Both the position numbers and the translations under genes were made by a program. DNA of 57,012 bases, filler included, from Catajapyx aquilonaris (Eukaryota), in the NCBI GenBank assembly GCA_000934665.2. It is 2 parts of 2 records of this genome, joined end to end, with 100 filler letters (N's around TTAATTAATTAA, not from the genome) between each part and the next. Parts side by side here need not be neighbours in the genome. Positions count along the whole stretch, not along the records: positions 1 to 28,473 come from JYFJ02004914.1; positions 28,574 to 57,012 come from JYFJ02004915.1. The stretch is one strand, 5' to 3'. Below are positions 25,201 to 35,413 of the stretch, piece after piece. A model generated the notes under the pieces. It saw only the letters and a program-made list of their open reading frames with translations. It searched no databases and was not told the origin of the DNA. Position 1 is the stretch's first letter, and each line of letters begins with the position of its first letter.

Positions 25201-26107
25201 TGGGCCTGGAAAAAAGCATCGTACGCGTGTAACATAGATGTATTCATTATATGGAATGTAAATCCATCCGGTTCACATAATTTGAACCTGATAGATGGAA
25301 TTTTGATGAACCACGTCATATCTATTAATTAAAATACTGTAGGCCTATACGTCACGCCCATTTTAATGCTACGGATATGATAATTAGCAATGTCAAGCGA
25401 TTAAAGTGGCCATAGTTGTGTAAGAACAATGACAATGAGACATTCAGTATTAATCAAAATATTAAAAGATAAAAACTAGTATTGCTAGGGTCATAGTTCT
25501 AAACTTGCACTTTTCATGTCCTGAAAATGGAATATTAATTTCTCGTCAGCCTTTAGCTGCTTTTGATCCATGTTCCTATTACATTTTGAAGTATTTTATT
25601 ACCTCATACAAAATGTATTAAATGAGTTTAAAACCTTATTTTAATACGAGATAATTTTTCCCCATCACACCGCGTTTTTTTCTCACTGTCCGTGATGACG
25701 TTTCTTTGTGAATATATAATGTTCACGTAGTTCTGTACCATTATTTTTTTCCTCTTTAAGCATTTTATCACAATAGCAAACACTATGGTAAACAGGATAT
25801 TACAAAAATGAATTCTTGAAATCCATTTCCTGTATATACACGTATTTTTTGCTGAAAAAGTATTGTCTGGGGTTTTTCTAACCTCTGTTATGTCGCCTCT
25901 GTTATCACTTGTGCAGTTTTCAATAATTCTTATCACAAGTGGGGCAACACTGGGCAGAAGTGAAGTTCAGGAGGGATCAAACAATCTTAAGTATACATTT
26001 TCGAGTCTATGATTGGAACTTCAGGTACAGTGGGATTATAATGATATTTTGCAGCCACTGTTACAGATTTTTCATGGCTTTTTTGAGATTTTAGAAAAGC
26101 TACAAAT

Positions 26108-26169
26108 AGATAGGGATTTTGAGAAAGAACCCTGGTTTTATCATATACTGAGCTCGGTGAAACCGGCCC
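26108..26169. mobile_element. Solo arm of the Harbinger-like MITE family seen at 40456-40627
   Basis: gatttttgagaaagaaccctggttttatcatatactgagctcggtgaaaccggccc|tta is the reverse complement of the arm at 40478-40530. Confidence 0.6.
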
Positions 26170-26224
26170 TTAATGAACATATGGGGAATAAAATATTTGG
26201 AGAAAAACTCAAGATTTGGCAGAG

Positions 26225-26276
26225 AAGGGGGGGGAGTCATATAGGTCACCAGAGCGAGAAAGGTTGGGAACCACTG
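26225..26276 (+). mobile_element. hAT (Charlie/Buster-type) right terminus fragment
   Basis: Ends AAAGGTTGGGAACCACTG, the reverse complement of CAGTGGTTCCCAACCTT, the typical Charlie/Buster TIR, preceded by a G-run as usual in these MITEs. Confidence 0.55.
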
Positions 26277-26594
26277 CCTTAAAATGTGGCTGTGCAGCCA
26301 TTTAACTAAGAATACCTTTTGGTGAACTTCTATCAAAGTTATTGGTAATATGAGAAAAAATCACTGCATTAAATTGATATCTGCATCATTTGCTACCTCA
26401 TGTAGCTTCTGTTATGGAAAGGAAATTAATTTCTGAAAATCTTAATTATCGGTTATGAGCAATTCTATTAATTGAAGGCTAAACTCAATATTTGGCGCGA
26501 CAACCCTCAAAAGTTGGTTTTTGTATGTTATTTTTTCTTATTCCTATAGGAAATTTTTCAAGTATAAAATGTACATTGTGGTAACAAAAGTTAC

Positions 26595-26757
26595 ACAAAG
26601 GGCAAGACAACGGGTCATATGCAGTCCCCCAGGAGGCCGGTTGCCAAGACGCCACTGACGCAGGCGAAAGGTTACTCCCGGGCGGGAATTTGAACCCGGG
26701 ACCTTTCGCACAGCCAGCCGAAACGTTACCATGCATCTCGGCCACCGCACCTTCCCC
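26595..26757 (-). mobile_element. tRNA-derived SINE fragment (family of 33674-34059)
   Basis: Minus strand GGTGGCCGAGATG..GTAACGTTTCGGCT..GAAAGGTCCCGGGTTCAAATTCCCG..CCTTTCGCCTGCGTCAG..CCTCCTGGGG aligns with 33705-33860. Confidence 0.75.
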
Positions 26758-28124
26758 GCAGAATTAATATTTAGCCGCTATGCTTTCAGCTATTTGCTTA
26801 ACTTCAAACCTTATACACATCCACATAATGCACTAATATTGTAACTGAAATGTAACACACAAAAAATTACTGCGGAAAAAGTGGAAAAGTGCAAGTAAAT
26901 TTATAATGACCCATTAGTGACGTATAATTGTGTGATCACTGCGTGTCTCTTGACTCGCTGTGCATTTTGACTTGCTTTACAATTCAACACAAGATTAACC
27001 TGATAAAAACCACTTCATTGATTTGCTAATTAATGTACATGGAACCATTCGCTGATGTCAAATAATTTTAAGCATCGCCGTCAATGAATCAACTAACGTT
27101 CAGTGCTTATATTGGTTGCTACACCCGTATGTATCCGTGACAGTCAATAGTACAAAATATGCTGCAGGTGTCAAAAACAAATATCTCAAAAGTCCCAAAT
27201 ACCAATAACACTACATGCACACTATATGTCAGTGTGTATATTAATAGATCAATATATGATCACGTTCTCCATTCTTTGGCTTTTCCCAGTGGAAAAAACA
27301 CGGAATAATTCTTATATTTCCTTAAGTAGAGAGCTCTCATTATAGGGGGGCAAGTGGCATTTCCATAAGGCTCCAACGTTTTAGAAATACTCACTCAGTA
27401 ATTAAATTACTACAGTTTAACGTAGCCTACAGGTTTCCATGCACAACAGTGTTTTAAAACTATTGTAAAAGTAAAAACTTGTAACTGGCCTGTGCATTTT
27501 GAGCCAGAAGCGAGTATGTCGTATACAGTACAACCCTTCAATATTCTTTTTTCAAATCTTTTTTATGCTACACATGTAAATCCTTAACATTAATTTGAAA
27601 AACCTTTAAAATATTCCTTCTTAAAAGCCATTCTCTGAAATCTCCTAATATTGTACAGTTTTAGATTTATAACTTTGCAAATGAAGTTGTCTCGAAAATC
27701 TTGTTAACAATACCGATACCACGAACTGTTCCGCTTGCCCCTTATCTCACTAGGCGAGACTTTAAAAAAGTCGATAATAATTTTCCAAGCAAGTCTCATT
27801 ATAAGTAGCATATAGGCTCTATGATGAAGGATTTTCTCACTTCTCCACCGAACTTGCCCTTATCCTGCATCGAATAAACTTCTGCTACACGAATTTCGGA
27901 CGCTCTCCATGATGCTATTTTGTAAGTCTAAGTAACGCTGCAGGCTCTACTCATTTCGGAAGTCGGAATTATTCGTGAATTAGTGACCTTGTTATTTTTA
28001 GGCGACCATTTTTCAAGCAGGTGGTACTCAGCGGCAGGTAATTTAGCGGACGGAAATAGATATATTTAATTATCTTTCCGCGCTTTGCCACTTGATATGG
28101 CGAGTCCAGAAAGGTTTCTCCCAA

Positions 28125-28473
28125 TCCCCATATATATAAAGCTGAATATTTGTACGTATTAATAAATGTATGTATGTCACGCCAAATTAAGCCACTTCCC
28201 GGGCACGGAGAGCGCTCAAATTTCTCAGAGTCATGTCTTACATATCACTGACCCCGAGAAAAGTCCCAAACCTAAAATTTTTTGAGTCTAAGGGGGGTTT
28301 TCAGCAGATTAAGCAATTGCCTAGCAACCCTGGCTGTCAACAAGCCCAAAAGAAGGATCTGCCTCTCTCACTCACTTTCTAAAATGACATCAACATTGCA
28401 TATTCAACAATAAAAACAATAGAACAACGGGCAGGTTGGCAAGAATATTATAATTGCAGTACACGTAGCAAGG
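28125..28473 (+). mobile_element. Possible non-autonomous Helitron 5' part running into the assembly gap
   Basis: Starts A|TC..ATATATATAAAGCTGAA followed by a (TGTA)n-like tract, as in insect non-autonomous Helitrons. The 3' CTRR/hairpin end is not visible because of the gap. Confidence 0.4.
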
Positions 28474-28573
28474 NNNNNNNNNNNNNNNNNNNNNNNNNNN
28501 NNNNNNNNNNNNNNNNNTTAATTAATTAANNNNNNNNNNNNNNNNNNNNNNNNNNNNNNNNNNNNNNNNNNNN
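28474..28573. other. Artificial scaffold spacer: 44 N + TTAATTAATTAA + 44 N
   Basis: Exactly 100 bp and symmetric. The 12-mer is a palindrome giving stops in all six frames. Confidence 0.93.
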
Positions 28574-29999
28574 AGGGTTCAATTGGATGTGGGTTTCACA
28601 TATATTTTTTTTAAAAAAATCGAAGACCATGACTGGGCACCCACCGTCTGGATTGAAATGGAACCAGCCTGTAATATGCTGCATGATTTATCTCACTGTG
28701 AAATTCACTTGTGCAAACTTGTCAGTTAAGCTGAAAAATATAGCTTGGATGTTGAACCCGTAGTTTTTCCGTCTGGTGTGAAAAGTCATCCTTGATTTTG
28801 AGATCCGGGTCATGAATGAAGGCAATTCCATTTGGACCATTGGGTTTAGGCAGCAGCGACTCCCAAACACCGAGTGTTGCTAAGTGGCATATATCCTTCC
28901 CGCTGACGTATTATCAAAGGGTGGTTGGGGGGGCCAAAAGGCTATCCAGCTGCTGGCTTTTGGTGTCAACGACAGCGATTTGCGGAAGTATCATGGCCGC
29001 CATGGGGGAGTAGAGGAGTCTGGGGCGTGTGTAGTCAGTGAGTGAGTGAGCTAAGAATGCGCGCGCATCCAGCTGCAGCTGCAATGCCCATCATCCAGAG
29101 ATCCAGGCCGATGGAAAGAGCATAACCATCCTATTATGAGGGCACACCGATGCATTAATTGGGAAGGCTTGTTCCACTTCTGGGCTTGCCTATTTGCGAC
29201 ACTCCGGAATCGATATTCCATCGCTCGCCATTCAGCCACACTATTATTTCCTCTGGCGTGTCATTCAGAACTAGATGGAATATTGCCACGCAGTTGTTAG
29301 TTCCAATGTTGCTGCGTTCAGCAGGTGGTTTCAGTTCATAGCGAGATATATATTTTACCCGTGCAGGCTATTTCTTTTCGTAATGATATTTTTGAGGTTT
29401 ATGAGGACAGCCTCCTTCTCTTTGGGAGGTCCTTACTTGTTAAATGGATTGTACGATAAGGTTCTCCACGCGTGGACTTCAAAACATTGAAGGTTCCTTT
29501 TTGTCAAAAAAATCGGTACAAATGAGGTAAAGTCATTTTTATCTGCACTGTATAACATCATCCATATATCTACAGATTTCACATAATGTTGCAGCTTTCC
29601 TCCCAATCTAATAGAGCTAAGCATCTCCAAAATTAACTACACCAATCAACGTTAATGTTTGCATAATATTCAACAGACCTCACATCTGGAGTTATGGACT
29701 TGAGGTAATAACGGAGGAAAAAGTATACATGCCAGATCCGTTTCCATTTTTTACCATAAATCTAAAGCGGATTTGCTGCCATGTTTACTTTCTCTCCCTC
29801 CATTATTAGCCTACTCCTAGATCATAAGTCCGGCGGCGAGCAATCTAGCTGTACAGGGTGTTTCAGAAAGATCATACTTTTATGGTGATCTCGTGCGAGC
29901 CGGAGGGTCACTTTATTTTGGGAGGAGGGGGACATTTGGTCTCCGCAGCCTCATTACCGAAATTATGGGCTTTTTCTAGCAGAGTCCTAAAGGAGTGGT

Positions 30000-30450
30000 A
30001 CGAAAGACTTTGCTACCAGATTTTGAGTAACAAGTCGATGTTTTCAGCTAAATTACAAAGGCATTTCGTTACAGAGCACACCAGAGACAAAATAATGAAA
30101 AGGCATTGCGTTATTTTGTGAAAAAGTACAAAGAACTCAAGCCGCGGCCGTCGCGTCGCGTCGCAACAGCTTGAGGGGGAAACTGCAAACTGAAATGCTT
30201 GGCGATGTACTGTAGGCATACAGAGTAATTAATTATAATTGCTCGTTGCGGAGAGGGATATGCAATATTAACAAAGCTCTCATTAAGCCTGGCGCCAAAG
30301 ACATTTCAACGTGCTTGTTCAGTGAGAAAGAATTGAAGGCGGTCTGATCTCTTCGAGTCTCAGATACGTACAAAGATTTCGCTAAGAATGGTGATATGAG
30401 CTGTGGGGTATAATTCAACGTAATGAGACAGGAGCAAAAATCCACGTTTT
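30000..30450 (+). pseudogene. Decayed hAT (Buster/Charlie, ZBED5/8-like) transposase, 5' part
   Basis: LCYQILSNKSMFSAKLQRHFVTEH (cf. CxxVLSNxSMKPSKLKRHLxTKH). Then, with frameshifts, AYRV..IARCGEGYAI..ALIKPGAKDISTCLFSEKELKAV*SLRVSD..KST(F). Confidence 0.8.
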
Positions 30451-30723
30451 AGACTTTTTCTCATCGAAAAAAAGTAAATTACAGAAGGGCTCTGTCCGTC
30501 CGTTCGTCTGTGGACAGATATCAGGGCCTAAACCGTAAGAGATAGCGACAAACGGTTTTCATATTCTGATTAAAGGGACACTCCAGTCTGAAGACAAGTT
30601 GATGTCTAAAAATCAGGCAAAAAATCCTGACTCCAACGCAAAAATCCGTTTGTCTCAAAACAGAACCGTAAGGCCAGGAGAGAAGGTCAAAGTTGGCAGT
30701 ATTCGTATCCCCCGCTTGCGGAG

Positions 30724-30731
30724 TGACGTCA
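30724..30731. promoter_or_regulatory. CRE palindrome in the CpG-rich putative promoter of the THAP gene
   Basis: gTGACGTCAc lies between the left TIR and the ATG, in a GC/CpG-rich tract that also contains CCGGAAG and TGGCGCGC. Confidence 0.35.
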
Positions 30732-30890
30732 CGGGAGGCGTGTCAATCGCCGACTCGCCGTAAGTGGCGCCTCACTCGGGTGGGTGGCGAAACGACGACC
30801 GTACATGCCTGGCGCGCGTGATTGAAAATTGAACTCGGAACTGGAACCGGAAGCTGCGGGCATATCGCGGTTTACCTTGCATCAGGTAAC

Positions 30891-31178
30891 ATGGCTGAGC
30901 AAGGAGCTGCCCCTATCGGGAATCCTCCGGTAGGACGCATTTGCGTAGTTTGTGGGCGTCGTCAGTCAAGTGGTCAGCGCGTCCATTTTTTCTCATTCCC
31001 CCGTGAAAATGAAGACTTGATGCAACAATGGAGAGCATCGGTGAATTTTCCGCCAACGTACGCACCCAAGGCACATCATCGGGTGTGTCTAGATCACTTT
31101 GAAAGGCAGTCTATATTTCCCTTTAGACCAGACCAGCAGACACGGAGACTGAAGCCCAACGCCGTTCCGAAACTTCAG
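30891..31178 (+). CDS. THAP zinc-finger domain, exon 1 of the element-borne gene
   Basis: ATG at 30891, 96 codons to a CAG|GTagag donor. CVVC..FFSFPRENEDLMQQW..RVCLDHFE..RRLKPNAVP is a complete C2CH THAP signature with the conserved P, W, F and the AVP box. Confidence 0.85.
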
Positions 31179-31253
31179 GTAGAGGCATTAGCAGATGTAC
31201 CTACTGTACATATTTCGCACATACAAATTTCCAAGTGCACCTACTTATTTCAG

Positions 31254-31313
31254 AACACATCTGAGAGTTGTGGTACAAGAATATCCAGTCATGATGAGTC
31301 GACCTCCACACAG
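31254..31313 (+). CDS. Putative 60-nt micro-exon 2 of the THAP gene (NTSESCGTRISSHDESTSTQ)
   Basis: tatttcAG acceptor, CAG|GTactg donor, phase 0-0, after a 75-nt intron. Confidence 0.6.
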
Positions 31314-31393
31314 GTACTGGTGATGTTTATTTACAGACTCAAAAGTACATTTCGCACATGCAAATTATTTACAAGTGCACCTACTTATTTCAG

Positions 31394-31453
31394 AACACAT
31401 CTGAGAGTTATGGTACAAGAATTTCCAGTCATGGTGAGTCGACCTCCACACAG
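31394..31453 (+). CDS. Putative 60-nt micro-exon 3 of the THAP gene (NTSESYGTRISSHGESTSTQ), tandem duplicate of exon 2
   Basis: Same acceptor context caagtgcacctacttatttcAG, three substitutions relative to exon 2, after an 80-nt intron. Confidence 0.55.
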
Positions 31454-31534
31454 GTCACCACATCACCTGCGACAGCATTTGACGCTTTTATTTACAGCTG
31501 CATTTACATATCAGCCGGTACTACCGGTACTTAC

Positions 31535-31592
31535 CGGTACTAGTCTCCTCCGTGTGACTACAACTAGCTCTCGACCGCCCGGGCGCCGCCAT
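31535..31592 (-). CDS. Putative first exon of a second, convergent gene in the Kolobok-like element (MAAPGRSRASCSHTEETST-)
   Basis: Minus strand CCAAG-ATG-GCGGCG start, 58 nt, consensus donor G|GTAAGT at 31534, 68-nt intron ending tgtcgcAG at 31467. Confidence 0.45.
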
Positions 31593-32309
31593 CTTGGGAT
31601 TAATGGACCTAATTAGCAGCTAAAAGTAGCAGCTAATTGTAGATGCGCATACAATAACGCTTAGGTCCATCCCAAAGGTATGACTGCTGGATGTTTGACA
31701 TCATCCTCAGCAGGCGGCGACACTCCCGAATAGGGAAAAACGCATTGAAACTGCCATTCCCCGAGTGGCGGCTCTGCTTGGTTAGCAGACGGCGAGGATT
31801 TGACCCCACGACCCCGGTTACGGTTCTGTTTTGAGACAAACGGATTTTTGCGTTGGAGTCAGGATCTTTTGCCTGATTTTTAGACATCAACTTGTCTTCA
31901 GACTGGAGTGTCCCTTTAAGCGTGACCTAAATAGATTTTATGGTCAACGTCCGGTGACCTACCACTTCCGGTTTTCCGGGTTCACTCTATCCGCACAAGT
32001 CTACTGTACTTATCGTTGGATATCGTTGGATATCGAAATTAGTTTTCCTGGATTCCATTCCTGACCAAGTCCGGCAAGTGTGCCGGGAATTTTCACAGGA
32101 TTTTACCTGGCGCTCTGGCCCAGGGGCTGTAGAATTAATTCCTGATGTTGGACATGTTTGCACCATGATGTTATCGCCCAGGCCGCTACTGGAATCGATA
32201 CGTTGCTTAGGTTACGATATATCGGTATCGATATATCGATTCACATGCTCATACTTGAAAGAATTAAATAAGTCTCATCGAATCACGCTCGCGTGATTTG
32301 CCGATCTTG

Positions 32310-32935
32310 TTTTTCTCCATGCAACTTGATGAGTCCACTGACGTTGCAGGCTTATCAATTGTGTTTGCATTATTTGTCCAGTACCGGTATACCCAAATGA
32401 GTTGTCAGTTTAAGAGGTAATGCTTTTGTGCAAACCTTTGCCTAATCACGCAACAAGACAGGAAATGTTTCAAGTTCATTCTTACATGACTGAGAAAGAT
32501 CTTTCATGCGGGGAATGTGTTGATGTTTGTACAGATTGTGCACAGTCTGTGGTGGGAAAAACACGCGCTTTTATTGCACGTGTGAGATCAGTTGTATCCG
32601 GATTCATAATCCATCTCTGCATCATTAATCGATAAGCTCTTGCCATAAAAATATTCCAGACACATTAATAATTGCGTTAAATTAAGCCGTGAAGATTGTG
32701 AATAAATTCCACGACCATTGCATTCAAGGATTTTCAGTGCAATTTACAAGGAAATGAGTAGGGATTATCTACACTACTGCTTCAAACAGAGGTGTGTGGT
32801 GGCTTTCAAGAGGAAAGGTGTTGTGCAGTCAATAAGTTACTTCCATTTTCACCTGCCTACGAGTATGCTTGTGTAAAAGTAGGCTACCATGAAAACTATG
32901 CACAGGAAAATGCTCACTACAGACCCTGATCTGTC
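32310..32935 (+). pseudogene. Decayed hAT (Buster/Charlie) transposase, 3' part (catalytic core and dimerisation remnant)
   Basis: (F)FSMQLDESTDVAGLS..MLLCKPLPNHATRQEMF..CVDVCTDCAQSVVGK..CIINR*ALA..AVKIVN..RPLHSRIFSAIYKEM..LLLQTEV-WLSRGKVL, then after a deletion LLPF..ATMKTMHRKMLTTDPDL. Hallmarks are LDESTD, CTDGA, HCxxHR and WLSRG. Confidence 0.88.
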
Positions 32936-33673
32936 CATAATAATTATTCCGGATATCAAATCTGTTGCCAGTATATTTCTATGTCAATATCTCCTTAGGT
33001 CAACTTCGTGACTACATTTACTGTATACGCGACTGTATTCATTTTCTGTGTACTTTTTAAATTTAGTATTATGTGCTGGTGTCTGGGATGATTCTCAGTA
33101 ATAAATGAAATTATAAAACAGCGATTAACTCTTCGCACTACTCTGCCTCTCTTAGTTGCATGATACCATTTTAGGACATTTTTTCACGTTCAAAATGCAT
33201 TTTAAGTGGCACAAAGTAATATCCAAGTCAAATTCATTAGTTTGCTGACGTAGAAGTAATATCAAAACTTTATTTACCGGCGACTTCTTCATTCGCAATT
33301 CAGAAGAATAGAAAAATTACTTCATTCTGTCTGTTCGTCACAGTGATGCGGAGTGACACCATGATCGCTCTTACAGTTGACAAATGCAAGAATACGTCAT
33401 TACCGGGAAAGGAGTGAGATACTGATAGAGTTGGGGAAGAAAAGAGTAGAGCTCAACCGAGATGCCGGCTATGGTTAGGATTTTTTTATAATTAAGTTGA
33501 TTATTAGGCAGTATTTTAGAGTAATGAATTCTAGCAGTTATAAATCAGATTAATCAGTAATATTAGGTCGAATGGGAACATACCTTTAAAGTAATGCAGG
33601 TTGGTCAGACGGACACAAACATCGATATCAAGTGCCAATGAGTCAAAAATAGTACGTGCCTCACAATGTTACA

Positions 33674-34059
33674 TATATGGGGAGGTGTAACGATTCCATT
33701 ACAGGAGGTGTAGATGGCCGAGATGGTAACGTCTCGGCTTGCTGAGTGAAAGGCCCCAGGTTCGATCCCCGCCTGGGGAACTTTCCTTTCACCTGCGTCA
33801 GGAGGGTCTCTGACCTGCACCAAGGAGGTGTCTGGCAAGCTAACCTCCTGGGGAACAGCACATGACCCATAGCTACGACATTGCACCTTGCACCCATGTT
33901 CCCTTCCCAAAAATCCCTATCCTTTCCCATTGTCCCTGTTTCCTTGCACCGGAGAATGAAGTGAAAATATATACAGAAAACATGGTGGTATGCCACCCCC
34001 CTATAGCTCCCGTAAGGGACATCACGGGGTAAAATAAATAATAAAAAATAATAAAAATA
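33674..34059 (+). mobile_element. Full-length tRNA-derived SINE with A-rich tail
   Basis: A box TGGCCGAGATGG, B box GGTTCGATCCC, tail aaaataaataataaaaaataataaaaataa. Candidate 9-bp TSD aatgttaca (33665-33673, 34060-34068). Confidence 0.85.
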
Positions 34060-35351
34060 AATGTTACAAGCTCGTGAATTCATCACAATATTCAGGGGCT
34101 GTATGAATTCTTGCAAATAACCGCAAATAACTTAATCTTACCAGCTAGTTTTCCTATTCTTGATTACCCCTACAAATAAATGTTCGACTGTAGCAGCTTT
34201 GATCCCAAAAAATGGCTAAACACTACGGACATTTCAAATGAAGCAAATAATATTGTACTCATTGTTTCCATTTTTGACAATAGACAATATCAAAGTTACA
34301 GTATATGGATGTAATGTCTAATGAGAGGTTTACTTTACTGCAGATTTTTTAATATTATAAGTTTCAATTTTACCGACTAGCATGTAAAAAAATACCTTTT
34401 CTGCATGGCATTACCAGGAAAACGAGCCCGAGTAAATGTAGCATCTCAAAAAAATTCGGCAGGCAGTGAATATTGCAGAACTTTATGTGATTCCCCTGAT
34501 ATTTGACGATACAAAATGCATATAATGACATACCTCTCTCACGCCATGAGGGCGAACAAAACAGATTATATGCCATAGTATCTTCCAACTTTGCGCTGTC
34601 ACGGGATTAGCATTCCATAGTTTCATGCAATACACTCTGCACCGTTTCACCCCCGTACCCACTACCAGGCTACGCGAAAACAAGTGTTTTAACGACGTTG
34701 CATGTAACTGGCACCTAGCGTTACTGAACATTTTCATACAGATCGTCTCCTTTTCCTAAAAAGTTGTTCATTTTATAATTTTGTTGCAGATCTTTCCCGG
34801 AATTTATGATAATTATTTAAATATGTTTGGACATATTACATTATAGTCTTGCATATAGTCCTATATTGCCTTATATCACCAACAGAAACAGTAAACTGCT
34901 GCGAAGTACGTACTACGAGAATTCATGCGAAGCATGCTTTTAAATTTTACTCTATTGACACAGGATAATTATGGTTAAAGTAAAAAAAAAGAAAGGCAAG
35001 CAAATGGCCATCTAGTTCAAAGGACGAAAGAGCTGAATGTCAGTGTAGTATTCTGCACTGGTGTAACTTAGTCTACGCTATTAGAAGGGTTAAGTTAGTG
35101 ATTCCACCTTCTTGTATATTTGTGATCCTATAAAAGAGCATGTGATTTTTTACCTAATGTGTTTTTTATGTGGTTCATTACAGTACTAATATAGACCCCT
35201 CCCAAAGTCCCAAAGCAGTTGCCATTTTAGCTAAATAGCTTTTTTGCTTTAAGGCAGCTTTAAGGTGTTGATTTTTACCAGGTACTTTGGAACAATTTTC
35301 TTAACTGCTATCCTCAGTATTATCAGGTATTACTATTTTTATATATTTCTT

Positions 35352-35413
35352 GATCTTGGATGGCTGATCAAGTTTACCTAATATTAGGTAGAATTTATCA
35401 GCCATCCAAGATC
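35352..35413. repeat. Short near-perfect palindrome
   Basis: gatcttggatggctgat..tacctaatattaggta..atcagccatccaagatc. Confidence 0.75.

Larger units (their letters stand above)
30574..31915 (+). mobile_element. Kolobok-like (T2-type termini) internally deleted DNA transposon carrying a THAP gene fragment
   Basis: TTAA TSD (30570-30573, 31916-31919). 98-bp TIRs (30574-30671, 31818-31915) with one mismatch, starting AGGGACAC. THAP domain ORF inside. Confidence 0.85.
30451..32309 (+). mobile_element. Non-autonomous Helentron / DINE-1-like element (interrupted by the Kolobok-like element at 30574-31915)
   Basis: Inserted in a T-run (30447-30450 / 32310-32314). 5' AGACTTTTTC with a nearby inverted GAAAAAAAGT, then a (GTCC/GTCT)-type microsatellite ctgtccgtccgttcgtctg. 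3' AAGTCT sub-TIR followed by a perfect hairpin AATCACGC-tc-GCGTGATT (32281-32298). Confidence 0.75.

Noticed and set aside
31179..31453. CRISPR-like repeat-spacer array
   Set aside because: Only two long units, in a eukaryotic context with no cas genes. Explained as an intron-exon duplication.
31478..31497. FDAFIY peptide resembling the expected next Nmdar2 exon (LDAFIYD)
   Set aside because: It lies inside the Kolobok-like element, continues SCIYISAG rather than DxxVLxY, and overlaps the predicted minus-strand intron. Coincidence.
30822..31616. 264-aa ORF as a single-exon protein
   Set aside because: It starts at a non-ATG codon and reads through apparent introns. Only 30891-31178 is domain-like.
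33125..35093. Possible piggyBac-type element bounded by TTAACTCTT.. and ..AAGGGTTAA
   Set aside because: The putative TIRs match for only a few bases and no transposase remnant is recognisable.
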